From contig NMRA01000271.1 in assembly GCA_002633005.1 (NCBI GenBank), positions 141,588 to 205,587 on the forward strand: a stretch of DNA of 64,000 nucleotides, read 5' to 3'. This stretch comes from Phoronis australis (lineage: Eukaryota; Animalia; Phoronida). Shown here piece by piece: positions 53,444 through 64,000 of the stretch. The notes beneath the pieces were generated by a model. It saw nothing but the letters and a program-made list of their open reading frames with translations. It was not told where the DNA came from and searched no databases. A program made the position numbers and the translations under genes. Every line of letters begins with the position of its first letter. Position 1 is the first letter of the stretch.

Positions 53444-54356
53444 CGAGGTGAGTGTTGGTTGACTCCCAGAGTCGGGTTTTGCACTGCTCACCCCGTCCGG
53501 TCGTTAGCTCTACATTTTGATATATAAGTTTCATGACAAAGTGACAAGCAGAATTACCCGGGTGGTGAGAAATTTCGCGGAGAGACGCTAAAAATTTTAC
53601 CCACATTCATTGACACTAGTCAAGTCTTTATCACTGGCTAGCCCAGGCCTACGTATCGACATAAGACATTAAAACAATTTAGAGAAAGTTTTTAAAGTAG
53701 AGCTATTTACGAACTACTGTTGTTGGTAGACGCGTTGTCGGAGGGAATCACCCTGAAGGGTTTCCTAGGGGGTTTCCCGACTAAGGGGTTTCCCTGCGAT
53801 ATTGAACTTTCGGAATTGCTTCGGCAATTTCCGTCGCTAATGATTTCCGCCATTACCCCAAGAATCGAGCAGCAACAGCTTTAGTGTGATCGCCAATTCG
53901 AGACAGTTTAACAAGAAATGCCGGAGCATTCACCGTCGCCGTCCCCCCAGAGAGCCATTTATGGTTTCAGCTTATATTTATTCTCTTATGTAGCTCTTGG
54001 TAAGCGAAACTGTGACATTTGTTAACTTGTTTGAGGGAAATTGACTTACCGAGTTCAACATTTTGCCCCCTCTGGCGACCAACTCTGATAGGATATTCCC
54101 TGGAATCACCGGTCAAGTCCTTTTTGTGTGATTAAATTATGTTATTAAAAAAATGACAATTTTTGCTTGAGTGAAGAAATCATAATTAAATGAGGATAGT
54201 TATGACGTTTATTCAAATATACCGTAGATTGTACATTGTCATTGGCCTACAACTAGTTCAACTTTGTCGCGTTTATTTATTGTCCTGAGACCGAGTTTAC
54301 AGTGCCACCGTCTCAACTGGGCTCAGTAGAGATGTTGTGCGTGAATGTGGAATCCT

Positions 54357-54718
54357 GCTTAATCTCAAGATCGCATATGGGTGAACTTGGAATTGAATAT
54401 TCTTTAAGGCAAAAAGGTGAAATTCTTGTGCGGTGAAAAGAATCTTTGTAATTATTGGCCTCGCGATCATACTCCTTTGGCCGTAACTTGTGTTGCTGAA
54501 CCGCAGGAATATGTGAATGGCTAAATCGATTATTGTTTGGTGAAACTGATCGCCCGTAGTTGAAAAGGTTGGTTAAAATTGACATTTCAAAATTCAAATG
54601 TAACTTGATTTAGTGCAGTGCAAAGTTTTATGAACATGAATTTAATTGTTAGAGTGAACTTGTCAAGTTGCCTCGCGTATTCCGAGTTCACACAACATTT
54701 TCTTGAGATTAAGTTCAC
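54357..54718. mobile_element. MITE with imperfect ~38-bp TIRs
   Basis: cttaatctcaaga...gtgaacttggaat versus attccgagttcac...tcttgagattaag. Confidence 0.55.
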
Positions 54719-54747
54719 GTACAACAGAGACATATACAGCAGTTTAC

Positions 54748-55274
54748 TGTAGAAAATTTTAGTGTCTCCGGTGGGATTTGAACCCAGGTTTCAGGTGCGA
54801 CAACCAAGCGTCTAAACCATTCGGCCAAGAGGCAATTGCCACTTGGTAAGTGGCTTAGAGAGGCTTTAGCTTTATCTGACTGTACATGTTGTCACAACCA
54901 GAAGTCACATTTCACAACACTACTCCCACTTCTGCTGTTCAAACAGGCACGCTCCCGGGCTTTTAGATTTCAGCAACACCCTCGCGTCCTGGAATTTGAC
55001 CTCAGCTACACTCTTTTTGTGTTCTGAATCCAACACTACCAGGTTGTCCCCTCTCCATCCGCCGCTTTACATCTTGGGGTTAATCGTGTATTTTTCCTTA
55101 GTTGGGTGCCAATGTGGAAAATTTCAGTGTCTTCGGTGGGATTTGAACCCATGTTGCACGTGCGATGACCAAGCGTCTAAACCATTTGGCCAAGAGGCAA
55201 TTGCCACTTGGAAATTAAGCGACTTGGAAAGGCTTTATCTGATTGTACATGTCGTCAAGTCACGATTCACAACA
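54748..55274 (-). mobile_element. TRIM (miniature non-autonomous LTR retrotransposon) with tRNA-derived LTRs (Helenus/Cassandra-type architecture)
   Basis: Direct repeats 55113-55274 and 54748-54919, both TG...CA. PBS TGGCACCCAAC (55101-55111, minus) lies 1 nt from the 5' LTR. PPT AGAAGTGGGAGTAG (54920-54933, minus) abuts the 3' LTR. Each LTR holds A-box TGGCCGAATGG and B-box GGTTCAAATCC. Confidence 0.8.
54763..54833 (-). pseudogene. tRNA-like (Asp-GTC-like loop) cassette inside the LTR; not a functional tRNA
   Basis: GCCTCTTGGCCGAATGGTTTAGACGCTTGGTTGTCGCACCTGAAACCTGGGTTCAAATCCCACCGGAGACA; the acceptor and anticodon stems are mismatched; second copy about 55128-55198. Confidence 0.65.
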
Positions 55275-56122
55275 GTCCTTTAAAAATGGCCAGTTGCCAA
55301 TTTCAGCAACTATACTAAGGACTGTTTGGAAAAAGGTTTGATTGCGGGAGTATTTGTTTGAGCTGAGAGGAGTTCAAGAGTGTCCCTCTATGTGAAAAAG
55401 TTACTCATAGCAGCATGACTTTGATGGTTTAATCAGTGTGAGGCATAATTCACCACAGAGCTTCCAGAATATGGAGGGCTCAGGGGATCGAGCCACCGTC
55501 TCTATTAATTGCGGCTAGTTGAGATGGGGGTAGTGTCTAGAGACCGAGTAGACACTACCACCATCTGAACTGAGCCAGCGAATATCCCCGAGTGGAACTG
55601 TTTTGTCCGTGGACATGGCAGGTTGCCAGGGTGGGTAAGGTCTCGCCTATTTAGGGGGCAATTGTCAATCAAAATGACAGGTGGCTTAGAGTCCTAAACA
55701 ATAAGGCATTCAGGCAGTCAGTTGGGCATGGTTGAGTCGCCACAGGATGAACTGCTTTAAATTTGTTTGGCAACTGAAAAGAACGAGGGAAATTTGTCGT
55801 CATGTAATGAATTGCTGGCATCACAAAAATAATGGTTATCAGGCAGTCCATGTTTTGGTATAAATTTCATGTCGAGGCAATTTCGAATTGGATGGACAGA
55901 AAATGTGAGCGTCACTTATTTTTCCATTTTTTTCTCACAGCTAGTTAGCAGGCTGGTTAGTTAGGGGGGGAACTGTGCATTCAAAATTCAGGCTAACGTA
56001 ATACCTAGGTGACCAGGAAGCAGGCACCCAAGTCACGTTTTCACCCTGGTATGTGGCAGGGAAGCACCTCAAGAAATATTCCGATGACATGAGTTAAATT
56101 CACAAACTTGTGTCAGACAAAA

Positions 56123-56395
56123 CATGATTCACTCTGTTAGTGGTTGGTGTGCTTCACATTTCTGCATACGTGATTCACACTGTTAGTGGTTGGTGTGCTT
56201 CACATGTCTGCATACATGATTCACACTGTTAGTGGTTGGTGTGCTTCACATTTCTGCATACATGATTCACACTGTTAGTGGTTGGTGTGCTTCACATTTC
56301 TGCATACATGATACTGTTAGTGGTTGGTGTGCTTCACATTTCTGCATACGTGATTCACACTGTTAGTGGTTGGTATGCTTCCCGTTACTGCATAC
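56123..56395. repeat. 46-bp minisatellite, about 6 copies
   Basis: Unit catgattcacactgttagtggttggtgtgcttcacatttctgcata, with no spacers between units. Confidence 0.9.
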
Positions 56396-59300
56396 AAATC
56401 TAGTAACTTGTGACTTATGTCCAAATGTCGGATGCACGTCCATCCATGTTTAAGCCCTTACCGGAAATTTCTGAAAATAGACTCAAGGGCAGATATTCGG
56501 GAAACCTTTCACAAACATCAAGTAAAATCAAATACACGCTCAAGTGTATTTTCAGACACTGTGTCATTAAAACTGTCCTTCATGCTGTATTATTACGGTT
56601 AGTTACCAATGAAGTCATCCAATATCTCGTTAAATGATAATCATTTGAGTGAAATTGCAATCACAAAAGCAACAAAATTTTAGATCAAAACATATTACGT
56701 ACAAATTTTTGAGCAATCCATCAGATTTTCAACCATGCAAACAGTTACCGAAAATACGCTCTTGTGCGTACTTTTAGAAAGTTTTCCGAAAATATGCCAT
56801 TGGCCTAATTTTGGGTGCCTGGGTTTATTTTCGGAAATTGCCGGTACACAGTTTTGCGGGAGGATCTCAATTGGAAGGCATAAGCTTATACAGAATAATC
56901 TCGCCAATTTAGTACACAATGTGGCCAACAGCTAAAGTTTTATTTCCTCATTTTTATATCGCGCAAAATTAAGGCTTTACAATTTTCAACTTATGTATGA
57001 TGGCTGCCATCAAATAACAGTTTGAAAACCTCTGGACGCTTATAGCAACGTAAGAAGACCTTGAAAAATGAGAATTTGGTGATTTTTACAATTACTTTTG
57101 TCCAATATTGGTTAGATTTTACCCAATATGGACGGGTACAGTTATATTCTATGCGTTCTTCAACTTACAGGCTTGTACTTGGTGTGGGCCTATGTACCTG
57201 ATGACTGGCTTCATGCTGTTGGACTGACTTATATGCCTCAAAAGTGAGTGTATTGCAAAGCAAAAGTTAAACTACAACGGCTTAGTTTTTCTCGCTTAGA
57301 AACTGGCCTAAGATAGCATTTTGTAATATTCTGTGAAAGTACTGGTTGTCACTAAAAGTTGTGCATAATTTGAAAGCTGTTGTACAATGAAGGTAGAATG
57401 GTTCAATGAGTTATGTAGTATTTTTAGTAATTTTTATGCTATGTACAGGCTGCCCTCAAAATTGATATATAAAGCTAGTTTGTAATTGTTTTGGAAAGTT
57501 CAAAAAGTTCAGTGCAAACTGACTTGCAAGTCTTCGGAATTTGAAAAAATTAATAAACGTGAATTTATATTTTTGAGTCACCTTCTATAGATATCCTTGA
57601 GCAGGCTACTTTACAAAGAACACCAAGATTTCTATTGGCCCTGAAGGTACATCTTTTAAAGTATAAAATAGCGCAATTCAAAAACATGTTTGTTGGACAG
57701 TAGGACATCAAGGATAGTGTGGAAAGAATATTTCTTTTTTTAATTAGTCTTTTATCACTGATTGCATTACTTAGGAGTTTTGTAGCTCCTCTCAGTCGGT
57801 TCTGCATAGATTTGCGTTTACATTTTGATATAATCCACTTATCTCAGCCTGTTGGTTCACCCTAGGTACTGGGCGTTGGCTGTGCCCGTGTATGTTTGCG
57901 TGGCTGTAGTCGTGTTCTTCACTCTCTATGTGAGCTACAACTTCACCATCACACTGCCTTTAGACAGCATAAACACAGTGACGGGTAAGACAATTCTTTG
58001 GAAATAAAGGAAAATCCTGTGCGGTGCAACTTTTGTCAAAACAAAGGCAAAGTTTTCAAACTACAATAAATTAAGTACTAGGAAAAAATTGATCCGTAGT
58101 CCATTTTGTGTAAGACTGGGGACTTAAATTCGTGTAGTATTAAAATCTTCAGAGCATGAACCAAAGCAATTGATGTTTTTAAGGTTTGCGCATGTCTCTT
58201 TAGCTTTTTCACTTCCAAGATTTTTTTAGAAGTGAATTTTGAGAATAATTTGCATCTTTATTCATATTAAGTACTAGAAATTGACAACAAGGCTGAGTAA
58301 AATTGTTTCTTGTCAAGTGCAGCTCTTTTCGATGGTTGAATCAAACTGCAACAAAGTCGTTAAGGTTAGTTGTCGGATTTTGAGCTTCAGTCCCTTGTAG
58401 GGGTCCCACATTTTGAGAACCAGTTTTTCTGCTCTGAATAACAGGCATCAAACTGGTTTTGTCCAAGTAAAAATGAATCCAATTCATCTAAAGGGTAGAG
58501 TGCACAGACTAGAACAACCACGCTACAGAAGTTTGTCCAGGTTAAGCAAAAATACAACTTAATGCATGTCCAATTTTAGACAGTGCCACCATCTTAACTG
58601 GCCGCAGTAGAGACAGAAGCTTTTTGGCGAATTATGCCTCACACTGGTTAAAACATCAAAGCCACGTTGCTATAAGTACCTTTTGCGCAAAGAGGGACAT
58701 CTTAGGATGCCGTTGATGTCTTTAATTCCTTCCAACTCGAACAAATACTCCCAAGCAGTCCTTTGTTCAGTTGTCCAAATCAGCAACCGGTCATTTTTAA
58801 CACTGCACGCGCTTCTGGTGATCGCGGTAAAAATAGGAGCTTCACCGTCTCTACTGGCGCCAGTGGAGACGGTGACACTGTCTTGTCTGATTTAATCTAA
58901 CTTTACTGTGCATTACATGCTGGAGTGTTTTTAATGTTATAATCACAAAAATAGCCAATGTTTCTTGTATTATTTAGATGAAGCCTCACGTCCAGTAGTT
59001 GACCCGAGTACCCTACATCCAGAGGCCATTCCACCTGTTGGTGACCACGATATATCACAGGTGTGCCATGTGTTATATGGTCACACCTGACGTGCTGGCG
59101 CTATTGCTGGAACTGGCAGCCTTTGGTCACACGTGGCTGGTGATACTGACTGTGCGGTAGCCCATGTGAGACCACACTGTCAGTCGTTCATAGATGTCAA
59201 GCTGGGACCACAGAATAGCGGGTATTGGGTCAGAATGCCATCCTATCCAGACGAACTTAGGAACCGCGTGCACTCTCATGAATGAAGAAGTCATGGTGCT

Positions 59301-59719
59301 TGCTGTGTTCGTCGGCAGTGCTGTATGCACTACTAGAGCGAAGGTCTTGTCCCCTGTGGACCATGCAGTCTTCTACACAACAGAAAATTTAAATTCGACT
59401 CGAATTACAAAATTTTTGTATGTGTCCCAAAAGTCCATTTCCATTCTGTGAAGAGTTTGTATGTTAAGCATTGGAATAAATGTATTGAACTGTTACCAAA
59501 AGTCTAAAATGTACCAATTTGCTTATATCTCTTTCACAACCACCTCGGCCGTTGCCATATGCAACCATGAAATCGATGTTTCCAATCCTGTATTGGCAAC
59601 ACTTGGAGTAGATCTGTGGCAGGACTTGTGCAAAAATAATTTAGTGGATTTTACTGAAATAACTAGGCTGTTTGTTATTTCTAGTTGTTTTGCTAAATAG
59701 TTTTTCGAACTGTTGTCTC

Positions 59720-61040
59720 GGCGGACACAAATCTTTATGTTCAGCAGACTATTCCGACATCAACCAATTCAAAATGGCAACCAACAAGCCCTGATGAAGT
59801 GAAGGCTTTATCTGTGTTGCAATCCTGGTGGCAATGAAGCTGTTGTCTAGACTGAGATGTTATTGGAGTAAAGACCTTTGTTAACCAATACTTACATTTA
59901 CACGACTCATCTTAGCAGCCAGCTAGAGGTGACCCTAGAATACATCTTCCGCCAGTACATGCTGTCTAAACCCACGAAGTGGAAGATCAAAGTTATGTGA
60001 GGGTGGTTATGGGGGTGGCTTTGACATTTGTACTGGTCAAAAAGCCAGGGGCCACAACATAGACTGGGGTGTAATGCGTGGAGTTTGACCCAGCTGCATC
60101 ACCAACTAGGTTGCCACATCTATTTTTATTGAATTTTTTCTTCATTGCTTCTCAGCAAACACTTCTTACTGGTCGATACCTGATGTGCGACAATTAATCA
60201 AAACCGGAAAGGTTTACCAGATGCAATTCAAAAAACAACAAAACTGAAAAGTCAGGGCGATGCAGTTCAGCTACAGAAAGTAAGAGTACTGGAGACCTCA
60301 TTCAAGGACAGGAGACAGATTATGTTGCTAAAAAGGAGAAGCCTCAAGTGACTTGTATGCAATGCACATATGGGCAGTGTCGACACTTCGACGTACTGAT
60401 GACTCACTAAATGATGGGATTATGTATTGTATTGCATCATCAACATAGCCACTGTGAATTCGTGCCAGTGGATATTGTACTCCAAGTCTGTCAAAGATCA
60501 TAGCCCATCCAACGCGACAATCTTGGTTTCCGAGCTGCCATGGCCGATCAATTGCCAGCAGGTTTCCTGTCACGAGCCTTTCCTGTTGGTCACAAAAACG
60601 AGATCATTACCATCAACCGCTGGAATTTGAACCAGGGCTTTGAATTTTTCTCTTTTAAGAAGATTTCCTCATTTTTCGTTTCGATTCCCTCTTATTTGAT
60701 TTCCAGTTTCCTATTTCTTCATCTCTTTTTTTATCATGATTTTGACTTAATTAATGCAAAAACATTTATTTCGGTTAAATTTTACAGCATAAGAAATATT
60801 TCTATCACATAAGCCTATTTGTTTGTGGAACATACATCACCCCTTTTTGCCATTGGTCATTTCAAGCCCTTTTGAACTTCTATGAACCTGTAAAGATCGA
60901 CGGTGCAAAGATATCTGCAGGCAATTTTCTAGACAAAAGCGAAAAACACCAACAGGACGCCCTATAGAAACCAGCTACATGTGTAGTTTTTGCAAAAATA
61001 TCAGTGTGCCCTCTTGCTTTGGAAGCGTTTTGTGACAGAA
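59720..61040 (+). mobile_element. Fossil piggyBac transposase (frameshifts, stops, deletions), interrupted by a family B MITE
   Basis: Motifs in the expected order: YWSKD (about 59861), FRQYMLSKPTKWKIKV (59947), CATINQNRKGLP (60184), KDRRQIMLL, HMGSVD (about 60367), YCIINIATVNS..WILY, then Cys-rich remnants (about 60900-61020). Confidence 0.8.
60633..60870 (+). mobile_element. MITE family B copy
   Basis: TIRs cagggctttgaat / atttcaagccct; direct repeat tttgaac at 60626-60632 and 60871-60877. Confidence 0.8.
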
Positions 61041-62589
61041 ACATTGTGTAATAAGAAAAGTGACTAAAAGTACAATTCTTGTCCTACAATTTGAAATGAG
61101 GTGGATTCCAAATGCTACATACCTGTATTTGCTTGTTTGCTGTGGCTCAATAACTTCAGACAGTGGTAAAATGGTAACCTGTGATTGTTGTTTAACCATC
61201 TGCAGAGTATGCTTTTAGTTTACCTGTGAGCTTTGGGCTTGTGTGCGTTGTGTTCATCTTTGCATTTCGACCTTGTTGATTTGGTTGTTATGTAATATGT
61301 TGTTTCTGAATCAGTAATGTAGTGCCGGATCTGACCGGGGCCCAAGAGCGCTGTAACTTAAGAGTTTTATGATCCAAGCAATAAAAGTAGCAGTATTGTG
61401 CATGGAAATGATTTAATTTGATTGACAAACACGTTATTTGCTACCTTTTCCCGTATTTAAGTGTATTATTGATGGTGAGATTGGCTGACAAAGTCAACAG
61501 TTACCTGCTTACCATCATATGCCAGATATATGTTCCAAAAATCAGATTAATATCTTGCCAAATGGTAAAAGTTATGGTCATTTCTGTACATGCGAGTGGT
61601 TTTCACACAAACACAATAGGGTTAAGAAATAATTAATCTCGTTGAAACTCGACACTAAAGTAAGCGTTCATAAGACAAAATTCTAATTCGAGGCATTGAC
61701 GAGTCGAAACGGTTTGTGTAAAACACTGGGAGGTAGTGGAAAATGTCTTGAACTGAGGTTGACAGTATCTTCTTGCAGTGGGAATGTATAACACTCAAAA
61801 TTCACTTGATGTCGCATGTGGAGCTTGTGAACTTCCCACAGAAATGTCTAGGGTCTTTTATCACTGCATGACTCGGATCGACGTTCCCATGCTTAAGTGC
61901 TTTCCGCTCTCAATTTAATATCCAGATGCCAATGAGAGTGTCTTTTCAGGGATTTAGTCATGAGTTGCAGGTTCGATCGCGGGACCCCCCCCCCCTCCCC
62001 CCGCTGAAAAGGTCCAACCCCAGCCGATCCGTTAAAGATAGATGGACAACACCACAGGGTAACAAGGAAGCTTTGAAGTATATGTCTGTAGCTAGCTATG
62101 GAATATAGTAGCGAGAGTTCTCCCAATGTAGTGTGGTGTGAATGCTTTAAAGTTGACCTTGAAACAAAACATCACTCAGTGCTATTTTGGCATACTATTT
62201 GCATAGTACGGTAATGTGCAGGCATTCAAATTTCGATTTGAAAGTGATCGTCAAACATTTTGTTCATCCAATGTCCACTTTTATTGTGGATTGGCGGATT
62301 GACATGCCTGCGTGTACACGTGTGGAGTGTGCGTTTCCATTCAGTACACGCTGACGGTTATAAGTTCATTAGAGGCAGTCTTTGTCGTTCCACAAACCCG
62401 GCAGACTACCGTGTTTTGTTGCACTGAGAAAACTCCGACGAGCTTGTTCACATTATTAGGGAAAGTAGGCCAAGACCTGATAAAAATTTAGGTCTTATAG
62501 CTGAGAAAATCTTGTCAATCAGTCAGTATCAGTGGTGCACAGCCCCGCAGACTTCATACGAGCACTGAACAAACTTGATGAAAAAGATT

Positions 62590-63170
62590 TCCAAGGTTAC
62601 GTGTGCCGAAGGTTCACTACCCCGATCCGTAACGAAATTACCTTCTTCCAAACTTAACTGCAGACTTATTCACTTCCCTCTGAAAAGGAATTTCCACAAA
62701 AAATCACCCAATTCGTGGTTTTTGAAAGAAGTACGAAAAAAGGTGGGTGAGGTTGAGGCGCAGTGTCCCTAAACTTTCGAGTCACGCTGTGAAATGACGC
62801 GATCTTGACATGGATTTGATGAATGTATCGTGGTTGAGAATTCATCAATATTCCTACTTCACATTCTTTTATAGTGCAAGTACGTACTCATCATATGCGG
62901 GTAATTTTGCATGCGCATGAAATCAAAACAAAGTGTTTTAATACCTGGGCGTTGTTTTCGGCGTACACCACTCAGTGCATCTATACCCGAAGTATCGTTT
63001 ATTTTTGTATGTAAAAGCTTAAAAATTACACCTGAGACCGAAGGCATTTTCGGAGTACTGAACCTTCGGTGTAGTGAGCCTTCAGAGTAGTGAAACTTCG
63101 AAGTAGTAAACCTTTGGAATAGTGAACCTCCGCCGGAACAGTGAACCTTCGAAAGAGTGGGCTGATCCCA
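62590..63170. mobile_element. DNA-transposon-like element with ~16-bp subterminal repeats
   Basis: About 6 agtgaaccttcgga units at 63040-63155 and an inverted ccgaaggttcacta at about 62606. Confidence 0.5.
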
Positions 63171-64000
63171 TTTACAGCGATGTAAGTAGCTTAAGTAACA
63201 CGCAAAACTACCAGCCAAATAAAAAAAATCGTGTCATTCATTTAAGCACGCCTGATTTGTTTGACAGGAGGTACCGCGAAAACGTTTTCTTTCTGGACCA
63301 CATTACATGCGAGTCCTGATCTTTGCGAGCAACCGTCACGGCATCCTCATTTCTGGTATGACTCCCCGTCTCATCTCAGGAACACAGAGCTGATGGTCAT
63401 CGCCCTTCCCTTCAAATAAAGTTGCATCAAGGGCTTTATATTACCGAAAACTCTACGATGTCTACGTTTGCAAAATATCCAAGGTCTGCCGTTCTAGAAA
63501 TTCGAAAAAGCGCGCAATGTTGGCTATGGGCCTGCATTTATTCCGGGTAATACTGGTGCTTGGCATTTGAACCAAGTTAGCGGGCCCTAGATGGCGTCCA
63601 CAACCACCATTGCTTCCGCTTGTCTGGTGAGTACCCGGTATGGGATATGTTTTGAAGTGTCGGTCCCATTCTGGTGCGGTGGTCCCATTTGATCCGGTAG
63701 TTCCTGTTTGTGATGAGTCGGTCCGATTTGGAGGACCGGAGGTTATGTTGTTTCTTACCCGTGGGTAAAAGATGACAAAGTGTCCAGACAAGTGTGATTG
63801 GTTACTGGCACTTGGTCCACGTCCGTCCCCTGATAACCTCTGATATATTATAGTTGATTCTTGGAGTGAATGATGCCTGCATTAAGAAATAGGGATAGTG
63901 TAAACATTTTAAAATTTCCACGGAGCTGATCGATTAGACCTAAGACCTCGGGCATTTCAGGCCTTTCACTCCCGCTTTAGGTAAAGACCTGGACAACGCG

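Noticed and set aside
54763-55198. Two functional tRNA genes
   Set aside because: Stems are mismatched, the anticodon loops differ between copies, and both sit inside LTRs.
56123-56395. Regular repeats that could be taken for a CRISPR array (also 28320-28500 and 48040-48155)
   Set aside because: Head-to-tail units with no unique spacers, no cas genes, and a eukaryotic context; these are ordinary minisatellites.
61960-62110. SINE-like segment with B-box ggttcgatc
   Set aside because: No clear A box, tail or second copy in the window.
63462-63791. 109-aa minus-strand ORF
   Set aside because: Arises from short ggtcccatt/gatccgg repeats typical of a transposon end; no protein family recognised.

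Overview
Eukaryotic, intron-rich, AT-rich animal genomic DNA, probably from a marine invertebrate bilaterian (inferred from gene structure and repeat types; species not identifiable here). Three conserved genes were reconstructed by hand from splice sites and reading phase. (1) The 5' coding exons of WTAP/fl(2)d lie on the minus strand. (2) A complete 5-exon mitochondrial MnSOD (SOD2, 223 aa, plus strand) lies head-to-head with WTAP. (3) A complete 26-exon nephrocystin-4 (NPHP4, about 1521 aa, minus strand) lies tail-to-tail with SOD2. Single-N joins mark assembly gaps, and one flanks a 1.8-kb duplicate of the NPHP4 last exon that is probably an uncollapsed allele. 45.6-64 kb holds no recognisable gene, only transposon relics (piggyBac fossil, several MITE families, minisatellites). 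The most notable observations are: (a) a duplicated, diverged alternative first coding exon of NPHP4 with a long new N-terminus and an apparent internal RFX X-box/TATA promoter; (b) a 527-bp TRIM-type LTR element whose LTRs carry a tRNA-like Pol III cassette, with a tRNA-Lys-type PBS and a PPT; (c) a three-level nested and possibly polymorphic transposon stack between WTAP and SOD2; (d) a 3'UTR tandem repeat seeded from the NPHP4 stop-codon region. No alignments or database searches were run.
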